From NCBI GenBank assembly GCA_964252035.1, contig OZ176200.1: a stretch of DNA of 64,000 nt; one strand, given 5' to 3'. The DNA comes from Podarcis erhardii (taxonomy: Eukaryota). Positions 46,646 to 59,795 of this stretch are shown here, piece after piece; position 1 is the first letter of the stretch, and each line of letters begins with the position of its first letter. A model generated the notes under the pieces. The model was given only the letters and a program-made list of their open reading frames with translations, searched no databases and was not told where the DNA came from. Both the position numbers and the translations under genes were made by a program.

Positions 46646-47997
46646 AAAATGTACAGCATTTAACTTTAATAACAAAAGACATGGGGTGGGGAAAAGAAAA
46701 TTCCACAATAATTCAAGGACTCGAACATTGGAGTGTAACTTGGGAGACGCGAGAAGAAGAAGAGCGTTTTGACGAAGCTTCCGCATCCAGTTGTGTTGAG
46801 GAAAGAAGGTTGCAGTAATGCTGAATCACTGCTGTGGTGGAGCTTAGATCAACCAAACTCTGCTACTTACGCTGTGAAAATACGTTCCCGTCTATGCAGT
46901 AAAACAGGCACCCTACTGATACAGATGGAATCATTTTTATCTGCAGAAATAGATCCGGGCCTTATAAGCTTTTTTCCAGCGTTGACAGTGTAGAGTTCGC
47001 TCGAGTGGAGTTACCTGGTCTCTTCAGCTGTTGCAACTATTTCAGATTCATCAGAGAGAATGTTGAAGCGCGGAATGAAAGACCAAATCCAGCGCTTTCT
47101 TAGGATACAGGGAGGTCCAAATTCTCCAGTGAATTTATTTTCTCCTATTGACTTTCTATAGTCTAAAGAAACCCCCTTTCTGTTTATTAAGCATATCTGA
47201 TAACACCCTTTTGAGATGTTTTGTTAAGATGCATAACTGTGCGCGCATCTTTTTAGATTCTGAAATCCTACCTAGGGGGTAGGAGGGATGGATGTGTGCG
47301 TGGGAGGAAATCAAATACAAGTTTAATGGCAATGCAATGGAAAAAGAGGTTTTAGAAAAAGAGAGGTCCCATGTACGTTTCCACGTCGAAAGAGAGGCCT
47401 CCTCATTGTTTCTCTTCTTTCCTTGTGTAGTTCTTAAACCTAATCCGAATCTATATTTCCTGGGTTTGAAAAAGGAGGGTAAGAACAGACGAGAAATATA
47501 CTAGAATACCTTCCTGGATTTAGAATACTTTCTGGTGGTAGTTAGAATAACAATCAGAAAACAAGCTGCGGCCGTAAGATGTTCGATCAGCATTAATTCT
47601 TCCTTTTTTGTAAAACGTGCTTTCTATACGCATACATATTTATAATTGAAATGAGGTGTTCTCGTCGAACTTTTTGTAGAAATTCTAATCATAAAAAGAA
47701 TGAATTGATTTCGCCTGTAGACAGAAAGAGCCCCCCGCGCGCTTTTATTTTACATGCCCATACTCTGCAGAAATTAAATTTGGTGTCACTGGCAAATTTA
47801 TACGGGTGGATACTTTTTCAGGGGCTGACTGCGTACATCTCGCCACTTAATTAGTTAGATCATAGTAAAGGACGGTCATGTTCGTTTATTTTTAGCTACA
47901 AACACAAAATTCATTGATTAAAAGAAACAGCCTGTACATATTTTAAATAAACAAATAATCCTGGCCGAATACAGAAAATTATCAGAATATGGAGCAA

Positions 47998-48016
47998 CAC
48001 CGCCCTCTAGTGGTGA
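47998..48016 (-). promoter_or_regulatory. CTCF motif (Hoxd8-Hoxd9 spacer)
   Basis: Minus strand ACCACTAGAGGGCGGTG is a near-consensus CTCF core. Confidence 0.75.
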
Positions 48017-50077
48017 GATGAAATCTTGTTCGACAACCCGGTTGACGCCACATGTTTATGCTTTTTCTACGATGAATGTGAAAGAAAGATATTTGCAAGG
48101 GACACTTGGTTGTTGTTTCTAATAAAATATTTCTTTTTCGTTGGCTAAAGACGATTAAAGTCATGCAAAAAGAAAAAAATTCGAAGGAGCGTGCAATTGT
48201 TACAAAGAATGAGAAATATCCTTCATATTTACAAGTGAGAAGGGGTATATGCCAAGTCCTATATCTTGAATGACGGGGAAATGTTTACAATGACTACACA
48301 ATGCTGCCTTTTGTTATCAAGAGCACAGGACTTTAATCATAGGGATTTTGCTTAACCAAAGAAACGACTTCTTTATGCCTAATGAAGTCAGATTAAGTGA
48401 AAACACGAACGAGGAAGCACGTTGCTGTTCCAGTGCAGTTTGCATAAAACCAAACCTCCCGTTTCTGCTTCGTCTGTTTCTGTTCTATGCTTCGATTTCA
48501 AGCTCAGAAACCTTCCTGCCTTGAACTTGCTTATGTCATTTTATTTCTCCCTTTCCCCATCGGAGAACTGGTCAGTTTCGGCTTGCGCACTTACACTTGG
48601 AATCATAACAACATCCACGTTTCTGCTTTATTGTGTGACACTCAACATATCCAAAAAAGAAACGGACTCAAGCAAATGTTACTCGGCTTATTGGAAGCGG
48701 AGGGCTAGTGGTTTGGGGATGGCAGCGTTTCCATGTTTCCAAGCAGATCCAGCTACATAGCTGGGCTGCAATGGCATTTTGAAATAAATAAACGTGGACT
48801 TGGGTTCAAACCTCGGCAAGGTTAGATTCGGTCCCGTTCCAGCCAAGGTGGACCTTCCCCAACGCTAAAGTCTCGCCCGTTTCAAGTTCTATGTGTTGCC
48901 CTAACCTTTACGGGTGTTGTTGCTCTTGCACTTTTTGCACACCAAGATCTTCGTCTTTTTTGTTTTTTTGTTTTCAAAGGAACCCCTGACTTTCTAATAT
49001 ATGACTACTTCCAGGTCCATTGGCATACCCAGCCGAATTGGTCTTAATCTCCTCATTTTTCAGACTTCAGCGGCGTCCAAACTGCTGTCTCGCCCAGCCG
49101 GGGTGACATATTGAAATTTATAGTACGGATTTTAAGACCTGGTTTTGTCTGCATCGGTGTTCTGTCCTAACAAACGCAAACATCAAAATAAGATGGTCTC
49201 AAAGAGAGAAAAGCGCCATCGCATATCGTAAACTCATTAGGTCCAGACGTCTAGCCTTCTCAATGGTTTTATTACGCCTCGGTTCTTCCTGTTTTAAAAA
49301 GAATTATAGGTATAGGGTTGACAATGAATGGGGAAGCAAGGCAACACCTTTTCCTAGGCCTTAATCGCTGTGGGTCTTTCTGAGGGGAAGGGGGAAGTGA
49401 TAGCATCTACAGACCCCCAGGTCTGGGTGCCTGTTTCCCTTCACCTTAAATCTTCTTTCAAATGGCTTGAGAGGCCATGTTTTCCTCGAGACGCTTAATT
49501 AAAATAGTGTCTCACATCAGAACAACGCTCCTCTCCTTCTCTAAAATATCCCAGAAGCCTGCCGCCCACACCTCAATTGCATTGTGTGTGTGTGTTGGTG
49601 TATTTAAATACAATGTACATACATGATTCAGCTAAAGTTTAACGCTTGGACATTCCATTTATTTCCATCGACGAGTTATGCATGTGCTGAAATCTCTACA
49701 TCAGGGTGGCTTCAAAGTCCTTATCAGAAATTCACATATGCACACACACACACACACAACGCGCATATATCTGGTGATATATGCCGATAACCGTATGATC
49801 GAAAAGGACGTACATACTAAAGCAGCTCTTGACAAATACCGACAGAGCTGATCATCATGTCTATCAAGTGTCTTTAAATGTCCAAGAATTTGAATGAGCG
49901 ACATGGCATGATAATTATGAACTAACTTCAGTCTTATTTGAGGACCTCTATGTTTTCCTTACAGATCCCCACACCCCACCCCTGAAATTGCTACATGAAC
50001 TTTTCGGGGGTTTTGTGGGGGGTTTTGGTTATGTTCCGGATTTATTTTTTAAGAAAGGCTACGAAGCTTGCGCCACG

Positions 50078-50094
50078 CACCGCCATCAAGTAGG
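50078..50094 (-). promoter_or_regulatory. Candidate CTCF motif (3' of Hoxd9)
   Basis: Minus strand CCTACTTGATGGCGGTG, about two mismatches to the core. Confidence 0.45.
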
Positions 50095-50770
50095 TGCGTC
50101 CACCACTCACAATTGCAACCAGGAAATATTCTCAGAAAAGAAGGTCGTAGAGGCTATGAACCCGGGGCAAACGCTCTCGACCTGTCTTAGGATGTATCTC
50201 CGCATATTTAGATCGTGGCTTAAAGACCAGCTCTTTTGCTCGGTTGCTGGCAGAGGTGGGGGGGGAGAGAGAGAGAGAGAGAGAGATTTGGGAGCAAGTC
50301 AGGTTCAAATAGAAAATATATCTAGGAGGAGTGGGGAAGGGAAGGAAGCAGGGCGGGCGGGGGTCATGCAGGCCTGCTCTGTACTAGCTGTTACACAGTT
50401 GACCTGCTGAAACCCTTCCTTCATGTCCACGATTTGTATAATAATATTCAGGAGTGGAGAATGATGAACCTGTGTCGATGGAGACCGCCTGCCTCTCTAG
50501 GAACAGAGGAAGCGTCCCTTCGTCTGCAAATGGCTTCCTGCGGGTTATATGCGAGGCATCTTTATTACAGAGAGCGCAGAAAGACTGGGGTTTTCTTTTT
50601 TTCTTCTCTCTCTCTCTCTCTCTTTGGAGGGGGCGGCAGTTTCGTTTATAGTCAGGCGCTGTCTGTTTATTTCCACTTTGCAGAGAGAAGTCAAAGGCAA
50701 ACCTCGGGCGCGTTTGCACGCACATTACATCTTATTTCCCAGCACACGCAAACCCCCATCTTCCCAGTCA

Positions 50771-50773
<3 letters not shown>

Positions 50774-50818
<45 letters not shown>
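50774..50818. repeat. (ATT)n microsatellite
   Basis: Direct reading. Confidence 0.95.
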
Positions 50819-51750
50819 TGTTGTTTCACCAGCTCAGCCTTTATTATAATAACCTATGACAATTACATTATTATTATTATTATTATTTTAAAAATTAAGT
50901 CCTTAGGTAGAGTTCCAGGCCTCGGGCAATGGGGACGGGTGCTCAGAACTGTTAAGCCGCGGGGCCTGTGGAAGTTAATACTGTTTCAAGTACCGCTTTT
51001 AATACAGTGCACTGGAGAGGATGAAACGGGCAGCCAGGGGGGAGATAATAAAAAATATTTTATATATATATATTTAAAAAAAAAACATTTCACAGCCTTG
51101 ATCTGGCAAGACTCTTGCTAAGCATAACCTGCAGAAGGAAAGCGATGCACAGGGGTCTGGAGTCCCCCCCTCCCCCTCCCCGCTTTTCCTTTTTGGAAAG
51201 TCCGAGGTAAACGCACTATTGCCATCAAGGTAATCCTCGCTGTCATTCAATATTATCGTCTTCATCGTCGCCTTTGCCTTCAGTTTGGAAACGCGACTGT
51301 CCCCCCTTCTTACAACCCCGCCACCCTCTCTCTCTCTCTCTCTGTCTCTCTCTGTCTCTCTCTCTCTCTCTCTCTAGTCTAGGGTCACTTGGAAGTAGCA
51401 TGTCAAACATTTAGTATTTAGTATTTAGATAAATCCCCCCCCAAAAAAACCCCTAACGTGCACTCACAATATCTTAAAACCAAACTGGAGGCGCGGGGAA
51501 AGAAGCAACTTTTACCAAATACATTCTCCACACCCAGCCCTTTCCTTTCCAAAATACCTGACATCGACCACATTACTGCTATCTAAAGAATAAACCCACC
51601 AGTTCAATAGGAAGTTTCGAGCCAGTGGACCTGGCAACATAATAATATTAATAATGACAATGACAATAATTAATATCGATACTTTTGTGTGTATCTTCAT
51701 AGAAAGCCCAGCACATTTCCACAAACGCACGCACACACACCCTCAAGCCG

Positions 51751-51992
51751 CTAGTCCCCTTTATTCCCTTTTTCCTTGTTCATCTTTTTCATTTTCATTC
51801 TTCGGTTCTGAAACCATATTTTAACCTGTCTCTCGGTCAGGTTTAAAATCCTAGCCACTTCGTAACGGCGGTCGCGGGTGAGGTACATATTAAAGAGGAA
51901 TTCCTTTTCCAGTTCCAGAGTTTGGAATTTTGTGTAAGGGCAACGCTTTTTCCTGGTGGAACGAGCGTGAATCCAGTTCGCGGCGGGATTAT
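51751..51992 (-). CDS. HOXD9: Homeobox protein Hox-D9, coding exon 2 (homeodomain)
   Basis: Acceptor ctccag|AT gives [74 protein letters not shown]...KGD. Intron 51993-52414 (422 nt). Confidence 0.97.
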
Positions 51993-52414
51993 CTGGAGAA
52001 GGGAGAGCAAGAAGGGAGGGAGAGAGAAGGTCAGGGTTCGGAGGGAGAAGAGGGGCAGGCATTGAAGTAGGGGAGAGGGTTGGGGAGGGGAGAAAGGTCG
52101 TTAAATTAATTTAACGGAGGATGCCTGCTCTTTTCACAATTGAGGAGGAATTATCATAAAACCTTGAATGGCCCGGTCTGTTTACTGTACAAATGATGTC
52201 TTCTTGATGGCCGTAGGTGGTTATGGGGAGCCTTTTTTATGGCTGCTTGTTGCCGCTTGCGCTCGAGTAGGCGTCTAGACGTTTTTATAGGTTAGTAAAA
52301 CTATCGGTTTTGCACATTGGAGCCTTACAGGTTGGGGTAATAAATCAAAGCGGGTGCAATTTCTTTTCTTTCTCTCTCTGGCTCGGATTTTTTTTATTTT
52401 TTTTTTAAACTTAC

Positions 52415-53369
52415 TTGGGTCAAGTTGCTGCTGAGGCTTCTCCTCCTTCAGATCGCTGCTGGGGCTAGCATTGCGGCTGCAACCAGACGCTGGCTTGGCC
52501 GGGGTGGCGGTACTGCCGTTGCTGCTGCTGCTGGTGATATTGCTGGTGGCTGCAGCTACGGCGGCCGCAACCGGGTGAGAAGAACCGTTGCTCACTGTTG
52601 CTGCCGCCGCCGCCTTCTCGCGGGGCTCTGCCAGGAAGGAATTGCACGTGTACTCGGGCCCATTGACCCCCGAGGGCTCCCTAGACGGCGCGCACTCAGT
52701 TCTTTTGGAAGGAGAATCGGCGCTGCAAGACGAGGAGGAAGAGGAAGAGGAGACGGTGGCAGAGGAGGAGGAAGGAGAGGGCCCCACCGGACCGGTGGCG
52801 GCGGCGGCGGCGGCGGCTGCCCCGCTCTCCGGCTTGACGATCCCGTAGTGGCGCGCGCTGGAGGAGCCACCGCCGGCGCCGTTGGAGGCGATGCTGGTCG
52901 TCGCCGCTGCAGCAGCCGCAGCAGCCGCGGCACTAGCGGCGGAGACGTTGCTGTTGCCTCCGCCGCCGTTGCCGGGGCTGCTGGGGAAAGAGGCGAAGGG
53001 CTCGATCCAGGAGCGCACGTATCTGCCTCCGCCGCCCTCGCCCGGTCCGCCTAAGTGCGGCTGGGGCATGTAAGGGTGGTAAATGCCGGGCATGGGCGCC
53101 GGAGGCTGAGGGTGCACGGCGGGCCACGAGGCTGGGAAGACGGCCGACTTGGGCGCGAAGCTGCAGGAGGAGAAATCCGAGCCCTCGGCCACCACACCTG
53201 AGGATGGCCTGGGGGTCGCATGGTGACCTGCCTGCAGGAACCGGGCAGCCCCTCCGACGCCGCCGACGCCTCCTCCTGCTCCTCCGACGCCGCCACCGTA
53301 CACTTCCTCGCTGTCGTGGCCTATGAGGGAATCGACATAGTAGTTACTGAGGGTGCCGCCGGTCGACAT
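52415..53369 (-). CDS. HOXD9: Homeobox protein Hox-D9, coding exon 1 (join 53369-52415 + 51992-51751, 398 aa; 408 aa from in-frame ATG at 53399)
   Basis: [18 protein letters not shown] start, with [17 protein letters not shown] and QQQLDP motifs. Donor CCAA|GTAAG at 52415/52414. Confidence 0.95.
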
Positions 53370-53497
53370 TTTTGGGAGGCTCCCTCCGTAGCAGGGCATA
53401 TGATGGGGGGAAGGCAAAAAAGGTTACTCTGTTAACTGTAGATGATCGCCTGGCCCGGAGAACAATCGTAGTATTTTGCAGGCGGCCAGGCTCAGCC

Positions 53498-53530
53498 ATT
53501 GGTCCCTCCGCCCACGTGATCATATTTACC
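53498..53530 (-). promoter_or_regulatory. Hoxd9 proximal promoter (E-box, GC box, CCAAT)
   Basis: CACGTG at 53513-53518, CCGCCC, and ATTGG at 53498-53502, about 130 bp upstream of the ATG. Confidence 0.65.
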
Positions 53531-53983
53531 AATACTCCAAGTAAATCAATCCGCTAAACTGAAGGGGTTGCTGTGATTCAAGCGGAGGTGGTGGGGGGGA
53601 AAGAAGGGAGAAGGAAAAAGGAAAAACCCAAGAAGGCAACAAGCTAAGACAACCTCCTCCCGCCTTAAAACAAAACTTAAAAAACAAACAAAAACCCCTC
53701 ATTCCCATCCTCTAAAGAAAACACTAGTCTCCAAAACGTGTAATTGTATACAGGCAGAGAGAGAGAGAAAATCCTTCCACTCTCTTGCCTTAGGCTTAGC
53801 AGGACTCCAAGCGGGCGTGGCGCGCTACTAGCAGAAGCAAGTTCGGGGACTATTTGTTCGCCTCCTTTGAGAGGTTCCTGCCATTCATTCCGCTGCCATC
53901 AGCCTCAAGCACGGAAGTTCTGCGAAGGCTTGGCTTGTCCTTGTCTTTGGAAGCTGCCGAGGAAAACCCCCATTGAAATCATA

Positions 53984-54018
<35 letters not shown>

Positions 54019-54248
54019 GGAGGGGGAGGGGGGAGCCCAGCGAGATCCCCGCCTGTGAAAACAAACCCTGCCAAAAACTGAGAGTGTGTAACGACTCCTC
54101 ATAAAATAGGGAAATGTTACAGTAAAAAAAAAAAAAAAAGGCGCAACAATGCAGGAGAGGGCCACTTTTCCAGAGCAGCTCTTGGTGTCATTTCCTTTAA
54201 AAGGAAAAAAAAAGGAAAAACAGCAACACAGGGGCAGAATTGAATGAT

Positions 54249-54282
<34 letters not shown>

Positions 54283-55954
54283 GGAAAGAGCTGCCCATTG
54301 TGTTGTTTTAAAACAGGTGGAAGACCTCTCCGCAATGATTTTATGCCTTTCAATAAAAATTTTATGAGGTGCATTTGATTATAGATTAATGTGTCCCTCT
54401 AATAAAATGGACTGATGGCACACGAGGAAAAAAAAAATCTAAATCTCTCTCTCTTTCTTTCTCTCTCTCAACACCAGTCTTTACTACAGTTTTCAAACTT
54501 TGGATTCAAACGGGGGCGTTGTCATTACTTCCAAGGTACTCCAGAGTTTGGGAGGCTGAAATGCACGAAATAATGAATGAATGAGCCCCGAAACGCCGCA
54601 GCCCCTTGGACAAGATCTCATTGTAAATCGAGCCCGCTTTGCAAACATTCTGTGAGAAATACAAACTCGAGGCACCAGTGGCTAGAACTTATTCCCCCAC
54701 CTCAACACCTTCCATTCCTTAATTTTATTTCCTGGATATTTCCTAGTAAGCACAAACTCCTCCTCCGCCAACCCCCAACCCACCCCCGCACCATAGAAGT
54801 CAAGGAGATTCAATCTGGTTCAACCACCTTTATTATTTACTATCAGAGACTAAGTATCCACAGTGGGTTTTGAACCTGAAGCAAACGCTACGCCGAAGAT
54901 TTCAAGCCAACTGGGCCATTTATTATCATTCCTCCTTTCCCCCCTCCTGCTCCTTCTTCTTCTGTTTGATTCTGAGAAAGCCTAATATGATTGACTGAGG
55001 AGAGAACGTGCAGGGCTACTTCAGATCCAAACCTTTGCTTGGAACAAAACAAAGGAAGACGAGAAACGCAGCGAGGGAAGGAGACAGGACTGCGTTACAT
55101 ATCTGGAAGCTGGAACCAGATTTGTAGGAACCCATCTCTCTCACTGTTTGGTCTCTTTGGGTTTTATTTATTGTAACTTACTGTTTTCTTTATGTGCGAT
55201 GGAACTCACGCCCCCTTCCTTACCTCTCTCTTTCTCTGTGTGTCTACATACACTCAATGTTCATGCTCACATACCAGTTCAAAACAACCTAAGTATGTGG
55301 AAGCCCTCGATTTCAGCTGAATATACTTTCAGAGGAAAACGAGTTTGAATCATAGCCGTAAGTGCCATTTTCTCACGGCAACATCACGGAGTGTTTATTA
55401 AGAGCGAGTAAAAAGGAAAGAAAAACAACACCAAATATCTGTAGTTGTCACAGTGAGGGAGAGACGCTTTTATACTGAAGTTATGGATATTACAAAACAA
55501 AAACACAAACCCACAGCTCTGCAAAACATCTCACAAATACCCAACGACCTGGTGTTAGCAAAGACAGAGAGAGTATACCTATCATCTGTGTACATGACTA
55601 TATACAAATACATACACAGGTTTTGTGCGCGCGCGTGCTTACATGACATCTTTTGTACGCCCTTTGAATTTAGATACACACAGTTTACTATTGGTAAATC
55701 AGTACCCCCCAAAAAGCATCCATCTATATAAGAACAACTTTATCAGACAATTAACCAAAACACTGGGGTCGGGTTGGAGAGATGTGATGTCACTCGTTCT
55801 TTCATGAACTGTCTGGGTGTCATTAGGTTAGCAAATATTTCCAACATGTTAGAGGCAATTTCCTGATTTGGAAGTCAAGGAGGGGCATTTGTTGTTAGTT
55901 ACGAGCCCATTTCTCCAGAAGCTGAGCCGGCAGTTTCTCAAGCTCTCCCCCCCC

Positions 55955-55985
<31 letters not shown>

Positions 55986-56397
55986 TCCTTCTTTCTTTCT
56001 TGAAGGTGAAAGCATTCCCAAGTATTTGGACTTCAGCCTGGAGTCATGTTCATTTGCAAACTCCTTTTAAGGGACTTTCTGCTTCGGATCTTCCCAACCC
56101 ACCCCACCCGACCCCCACCCCGCCTTCCTAACCCCTTCCCCAAGATAAAGTGGCTGTGAGCAAGATTTCGCAGCGATGTCCGGGGAGGGCGTTGCAGAGA
56201 GTCGTGAACTTCATTATCCTGATGTGGGCTACAACGAAGGAACCACAGAAAACAAACACACGCACAAAGCAAAATAACTCGGGATTGTCAGGAAACCAAA
56301 ACGTGTGAGCGTTTGGAGACGAAGCGGGGAAAGGCCCTGTAGAGAGAGACTCGGCAATATGGCTTCCTTTATTTTTTTTACAGCACTGCAAGTAGGA

Positions 56398-56398
<1 letters not shown>

Positions 56399-56460
<62 letters not shown>
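56399..56460. repeat. (AAT)n microsatellite
   Basis: Direct reading. Confidence 0.95.
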
Positions 56461-56461
<1 letters not shown>

Positions 56462-57050
56462 TGTCTAGGGTGCATGAAAAGCAAGGGAGGTGAAATGGAA
56501 TAAAACAACTGAATTTATTTCGCACGCTGTATTTGTAACGATATATACAAACTGCAGTAAGGATTTGCAGTAAGAGCACATTTAGGCTGGCAATCGGGGC
56601 TCTGGGCGAAGGCTCGTTACGGCTTCCGTTTTCCTTCCTAAAAGTCAACTTACCGTTTATGATTGGGTGGGATAAAGGTGTCCACTTTCGGTCATAACAT
56701 TTCACTAGCGTTTTGGCGCTCCCTTGTCAAGACTGTCTGTTCCCGACGCTCTAGGCCATTTCCTCGCGACCCTAGCAATTGCTAAAGGTATTATTAGGAC
56801 TGACTGACACAGACAAATCTACCCCCCTTTTTTTAAAAAAAAATATATATCTACGAGCTCCCACACTAGTAGGAGGATTTGGGTTGGGGGTGTGGGGTGA
56901 TGGGGGGGTGCGCGGGAGGGAGAGTCTTTGAGCGCAAGGGAATGGCAAGGAGAAGCTGCTGCGAAATGGGCGAAATGGTAGCGTTTTCTGGTTCGGTTTG
57001 GATTTGGATTTGTAAAGACCAACCAAAGGAGCCTCGTGAACTTTACAGAG

Positions 57051-57056
57051 TTTATT
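57051..57056 (-). terminator. Probable Hoxd10 polyadenylation signal
   Basis: AATAAA on the minus strand about 880 nt after the stop codon, following an AU-rich 3' UTR. Confidence 0.55.
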
Positions 57057-57560
57057 GCATTATACATGCGAATAGGACATGCACAAAGAAGAAGGCGTAG
57101 GAAAAAGAAGAAGAAGACATATTGCTTGTTATACCACTACGATTCCACGTATGCACCACAAGGGGAAGAGAGAGAAAAAAATGTCTACAGTTGAGGAAGA
57201 ATGAAGGATTCCATTGCACGCACGAAGGACAAGTTTGACGCACACGGGAGAAACGGGAGTGTTACATCTTAAAATGTGCTTTTTAAAATTCCTTTTCCTC
57301 TCACTCTCGCTCTCGCTCTCTCACTCGCTTTGCCTCCCTCCCCCCCACATCTCTCAAGGAAGAAAAAATGCTTATTTTTCTTTCTTTTAAATAATTATTA
57401 AAAGTATTGTCATCTACTCAAAATGGCATGGCCCGTGTAACAGCCGCCCCCCCATAAATACCACGTGGTGAGTTTAAAAAAAACATGGAAAAAGTCACAT
57501 TATCTGGATGTCCAACAGCTCCAATAAGTTAAGACCAAATGATCATATTGAATCAGTGTT

Positions 57561-57567
57561 TACCCTG
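57561..57567 (-). promoter_or_regulatory. miR-10 7mer-A1 target site in the Hoxd10 3' UTR
   Basis: Minus strand taatgCAGGGTAaac is complementary to the miR-10 seed ACCCUG with an A opposite nucleotide 1. HOXD10 is a reported miR-10b target. Confidence 0.7.
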
Positions 57568-57608
57568 CATTACAGTGAGAAAAATAATAATAAATTACAC
57601 GTGCTAGG

Positions 57609-57609
57609 C

Positions 57610-57687
<78 letters not shown>

Positions 57688-57691
57688 TATA
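57609..57691. repeat. (TA)n/(CA)n compound microsatellite in the Hoxd10 3' UTR
   Basis: Direct reading. Confidence 0.9.
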
Positions 57692-57936
57692 CTCGTCGTA
57701 GGAACATACATAAACACTTGCAGCACTAAAAAGAATGACAAAAGGTCACATTCTATCAGAAATTAAAAAAATGGAAAATGAAGGGGGTCTACTTTTGTCC
57801 CCCCCCTCTCTGTCTCTGTTCCCCCCAAAGTCTTTCCTACATATATATATTTATTATATATATATATATTTATATATACCAACTGGTGGTAACTGAGCCC
57901 AGGTCTCAATCCTTTCAAGCCCCCAGCTGAACCGGT

Positions 57937-58214
57937 TTATGAGAAGGTCAGATTGGCGGTCAGTTCTCGGATCCGGTTCTCTCTGCTCATCTTCTTGAGC
58001 TTCATTCTGCGGTTTTGAAACCATATTTTGACCTGCCTGTCAGTGAGGTTTACGCTCTTACTGATCTCTAGGCGGCGCTCTCGAGTGAGATACATATTGA
58101 ACAAGAACTCTTTCTCTAATTCCAGTGTTTGATGTTTAGTATAGGGACACCTCTTCTTTCTGCCACTCTTTGCAGTTAACCAATTGCTGGTTGGAGTATC
58201 AGACTTGATTTCCT
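57937..58214 (-). CDS. HOXD10: Homeobox protein Hox-D10, coding exon 2 (homeodomain)
   Basis: Acceptor ctag|AG gives [92 protein letters not shown]. Confidence 0.98.
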
Positions 58215-59795
58215 CTAGCAACATCAAAGGAGAAGGAAAGAAGGAAGGAAGGGAAAATAAGAAAGAAAAAGAAAAAAGAAACACCTCAGTCTGTTATAGA
58301 GTACCCTTGGCCATGAACCTACTATATCCATTGTGTCTGGCAGATATGGTGGCTTGTGGGTATTAAACATTGCTAACGGAGGTGTGTACATTGGGGCAGG
58401 GCGGGTTTTTTTTTAATATAATGATAATGATACAAAAAATGGTCTCCACATTCGAGTTAAACAATGCCAGCAGCAACACTATTTTCCACTCTCTGGGTTA
58501 TTTCTGCAGCTTTCCCAAACATTATCTCTATGCATTTTCCCTGCTAATCCACATATTTCAAAATAGCCTGTGACATTGGGAGCAATATGAATACTGTCAT
58601 CTTCCCACTGGTTCGCATTTTAGTGGATGTGAACTGAACAAACCAACCCCCGCCTTATAAAGCCACTTGTTTGGGAAATGCCTCAGTTAAAAATAGTACT
58701 ATCCCCAGTCATGTTGAAAGAGATTCATCTGCATCACTCATGAAATTAAGCAAACACCCAAGGCGCGGGGGGGGGGGGGAGTGGCCTTTTTAGTCCTCAA
58801 CTAACACCAATATGGAAGGGGGCGAATACCTAAAAATCAACTGTATTTATCTTTTTCACTTTTAATTCTCTATCTCCTATTAGATGCAAATGCCAGACCT
58901 GGGCTGAATAAACATGGTCTGTATTGTTCTGCACTTACTAGGAGTAACCAATGCACAGTAGAGATTGACAAGTTAATTTTTACTAAAGGCATGGTTGCTG
59001 AGGGGCCCCCGCCCCGCTCTTCCACCATATTCTCCTCTCTCCAAACGAAGCCCCTGCTGTCCTCCCCCATCTTGAAATAAACAATGCAGTTCCTTCCATT
59101 ATTTCATAACAACCTTCAAAGCCTAGTGAAATTAGGAGACCCAAACTTGTTTTATCTGTAGCACCTTATCCCAAATTTAGACTTCCTTCGAAGAAAGGGC
59201 CTTGCCTTATTCTCATCATACTTTATATGGGCTCTGCGGCACCTCCCTGTTTTATTTTATCTCGTCAAAAGAAAAACAGCAACCCCACAACTTTTTATTA
59301 CCATGCTTAGCAATCGACTGTGCTCTTCACAGAGAAGATCTACAGGAAATATTTGATCCCAATTTGACCAAGGAGGGGTGGGGGAGAGTAACAGTGGGTG
59401 TAATTTAAGAACCTCTAATCTGAAGGAGCTGCTGGAGCAGTTATAGTGCAACAGCCTTGGCAAGAGAGAAACGAAAACACCCTTTTCCTGGCTGAATCTC
59501 TGGGATTCAAAAGGCATGAAACGATGGGTGTCACCAGCATCGTGGCCAGGTCCTAAGGCATCCATGCCCTTCTATTTCCTTTTTGTTTTTCCAATTGCAA
59601 AAACAACACATACCCAGCACCTGCAGCAGCAGAAAGAGGTGACGGGGGGGGGGGACCCTGTCTGCTGAGCAGTTATGGCTGAGCTTAAAGCATTAAATGC
59701 TCCTGTGGTTTACGAGACTGGCGTGCCCAAGTTAGTCTGCCACCACGTTCGGGTATCTGCCCCCCACAGCCGCCAACTTCTGCGATCATACCGAC

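Noticed and set aside
47266-47284. TCCTACC-taggg-GGTAGGA inverted repeat, CTCF-like core
   Set aside because: Short stem, and mismatches at key CTCF positions.
50400-50413. DR2-like GTTTCA-GC-AGGTCA on the minus strand
   Set aside because: One half-site is non-canonical; too weak without conservation data.
52425-53054. 209-aa plus-strand ORF and other long ORFs overlapping Hoxd9 exon 1
   Set aside because: Shadow frames of GC-rich, stop-poor coding sequence; low-complexity translation with no recognisable domain.
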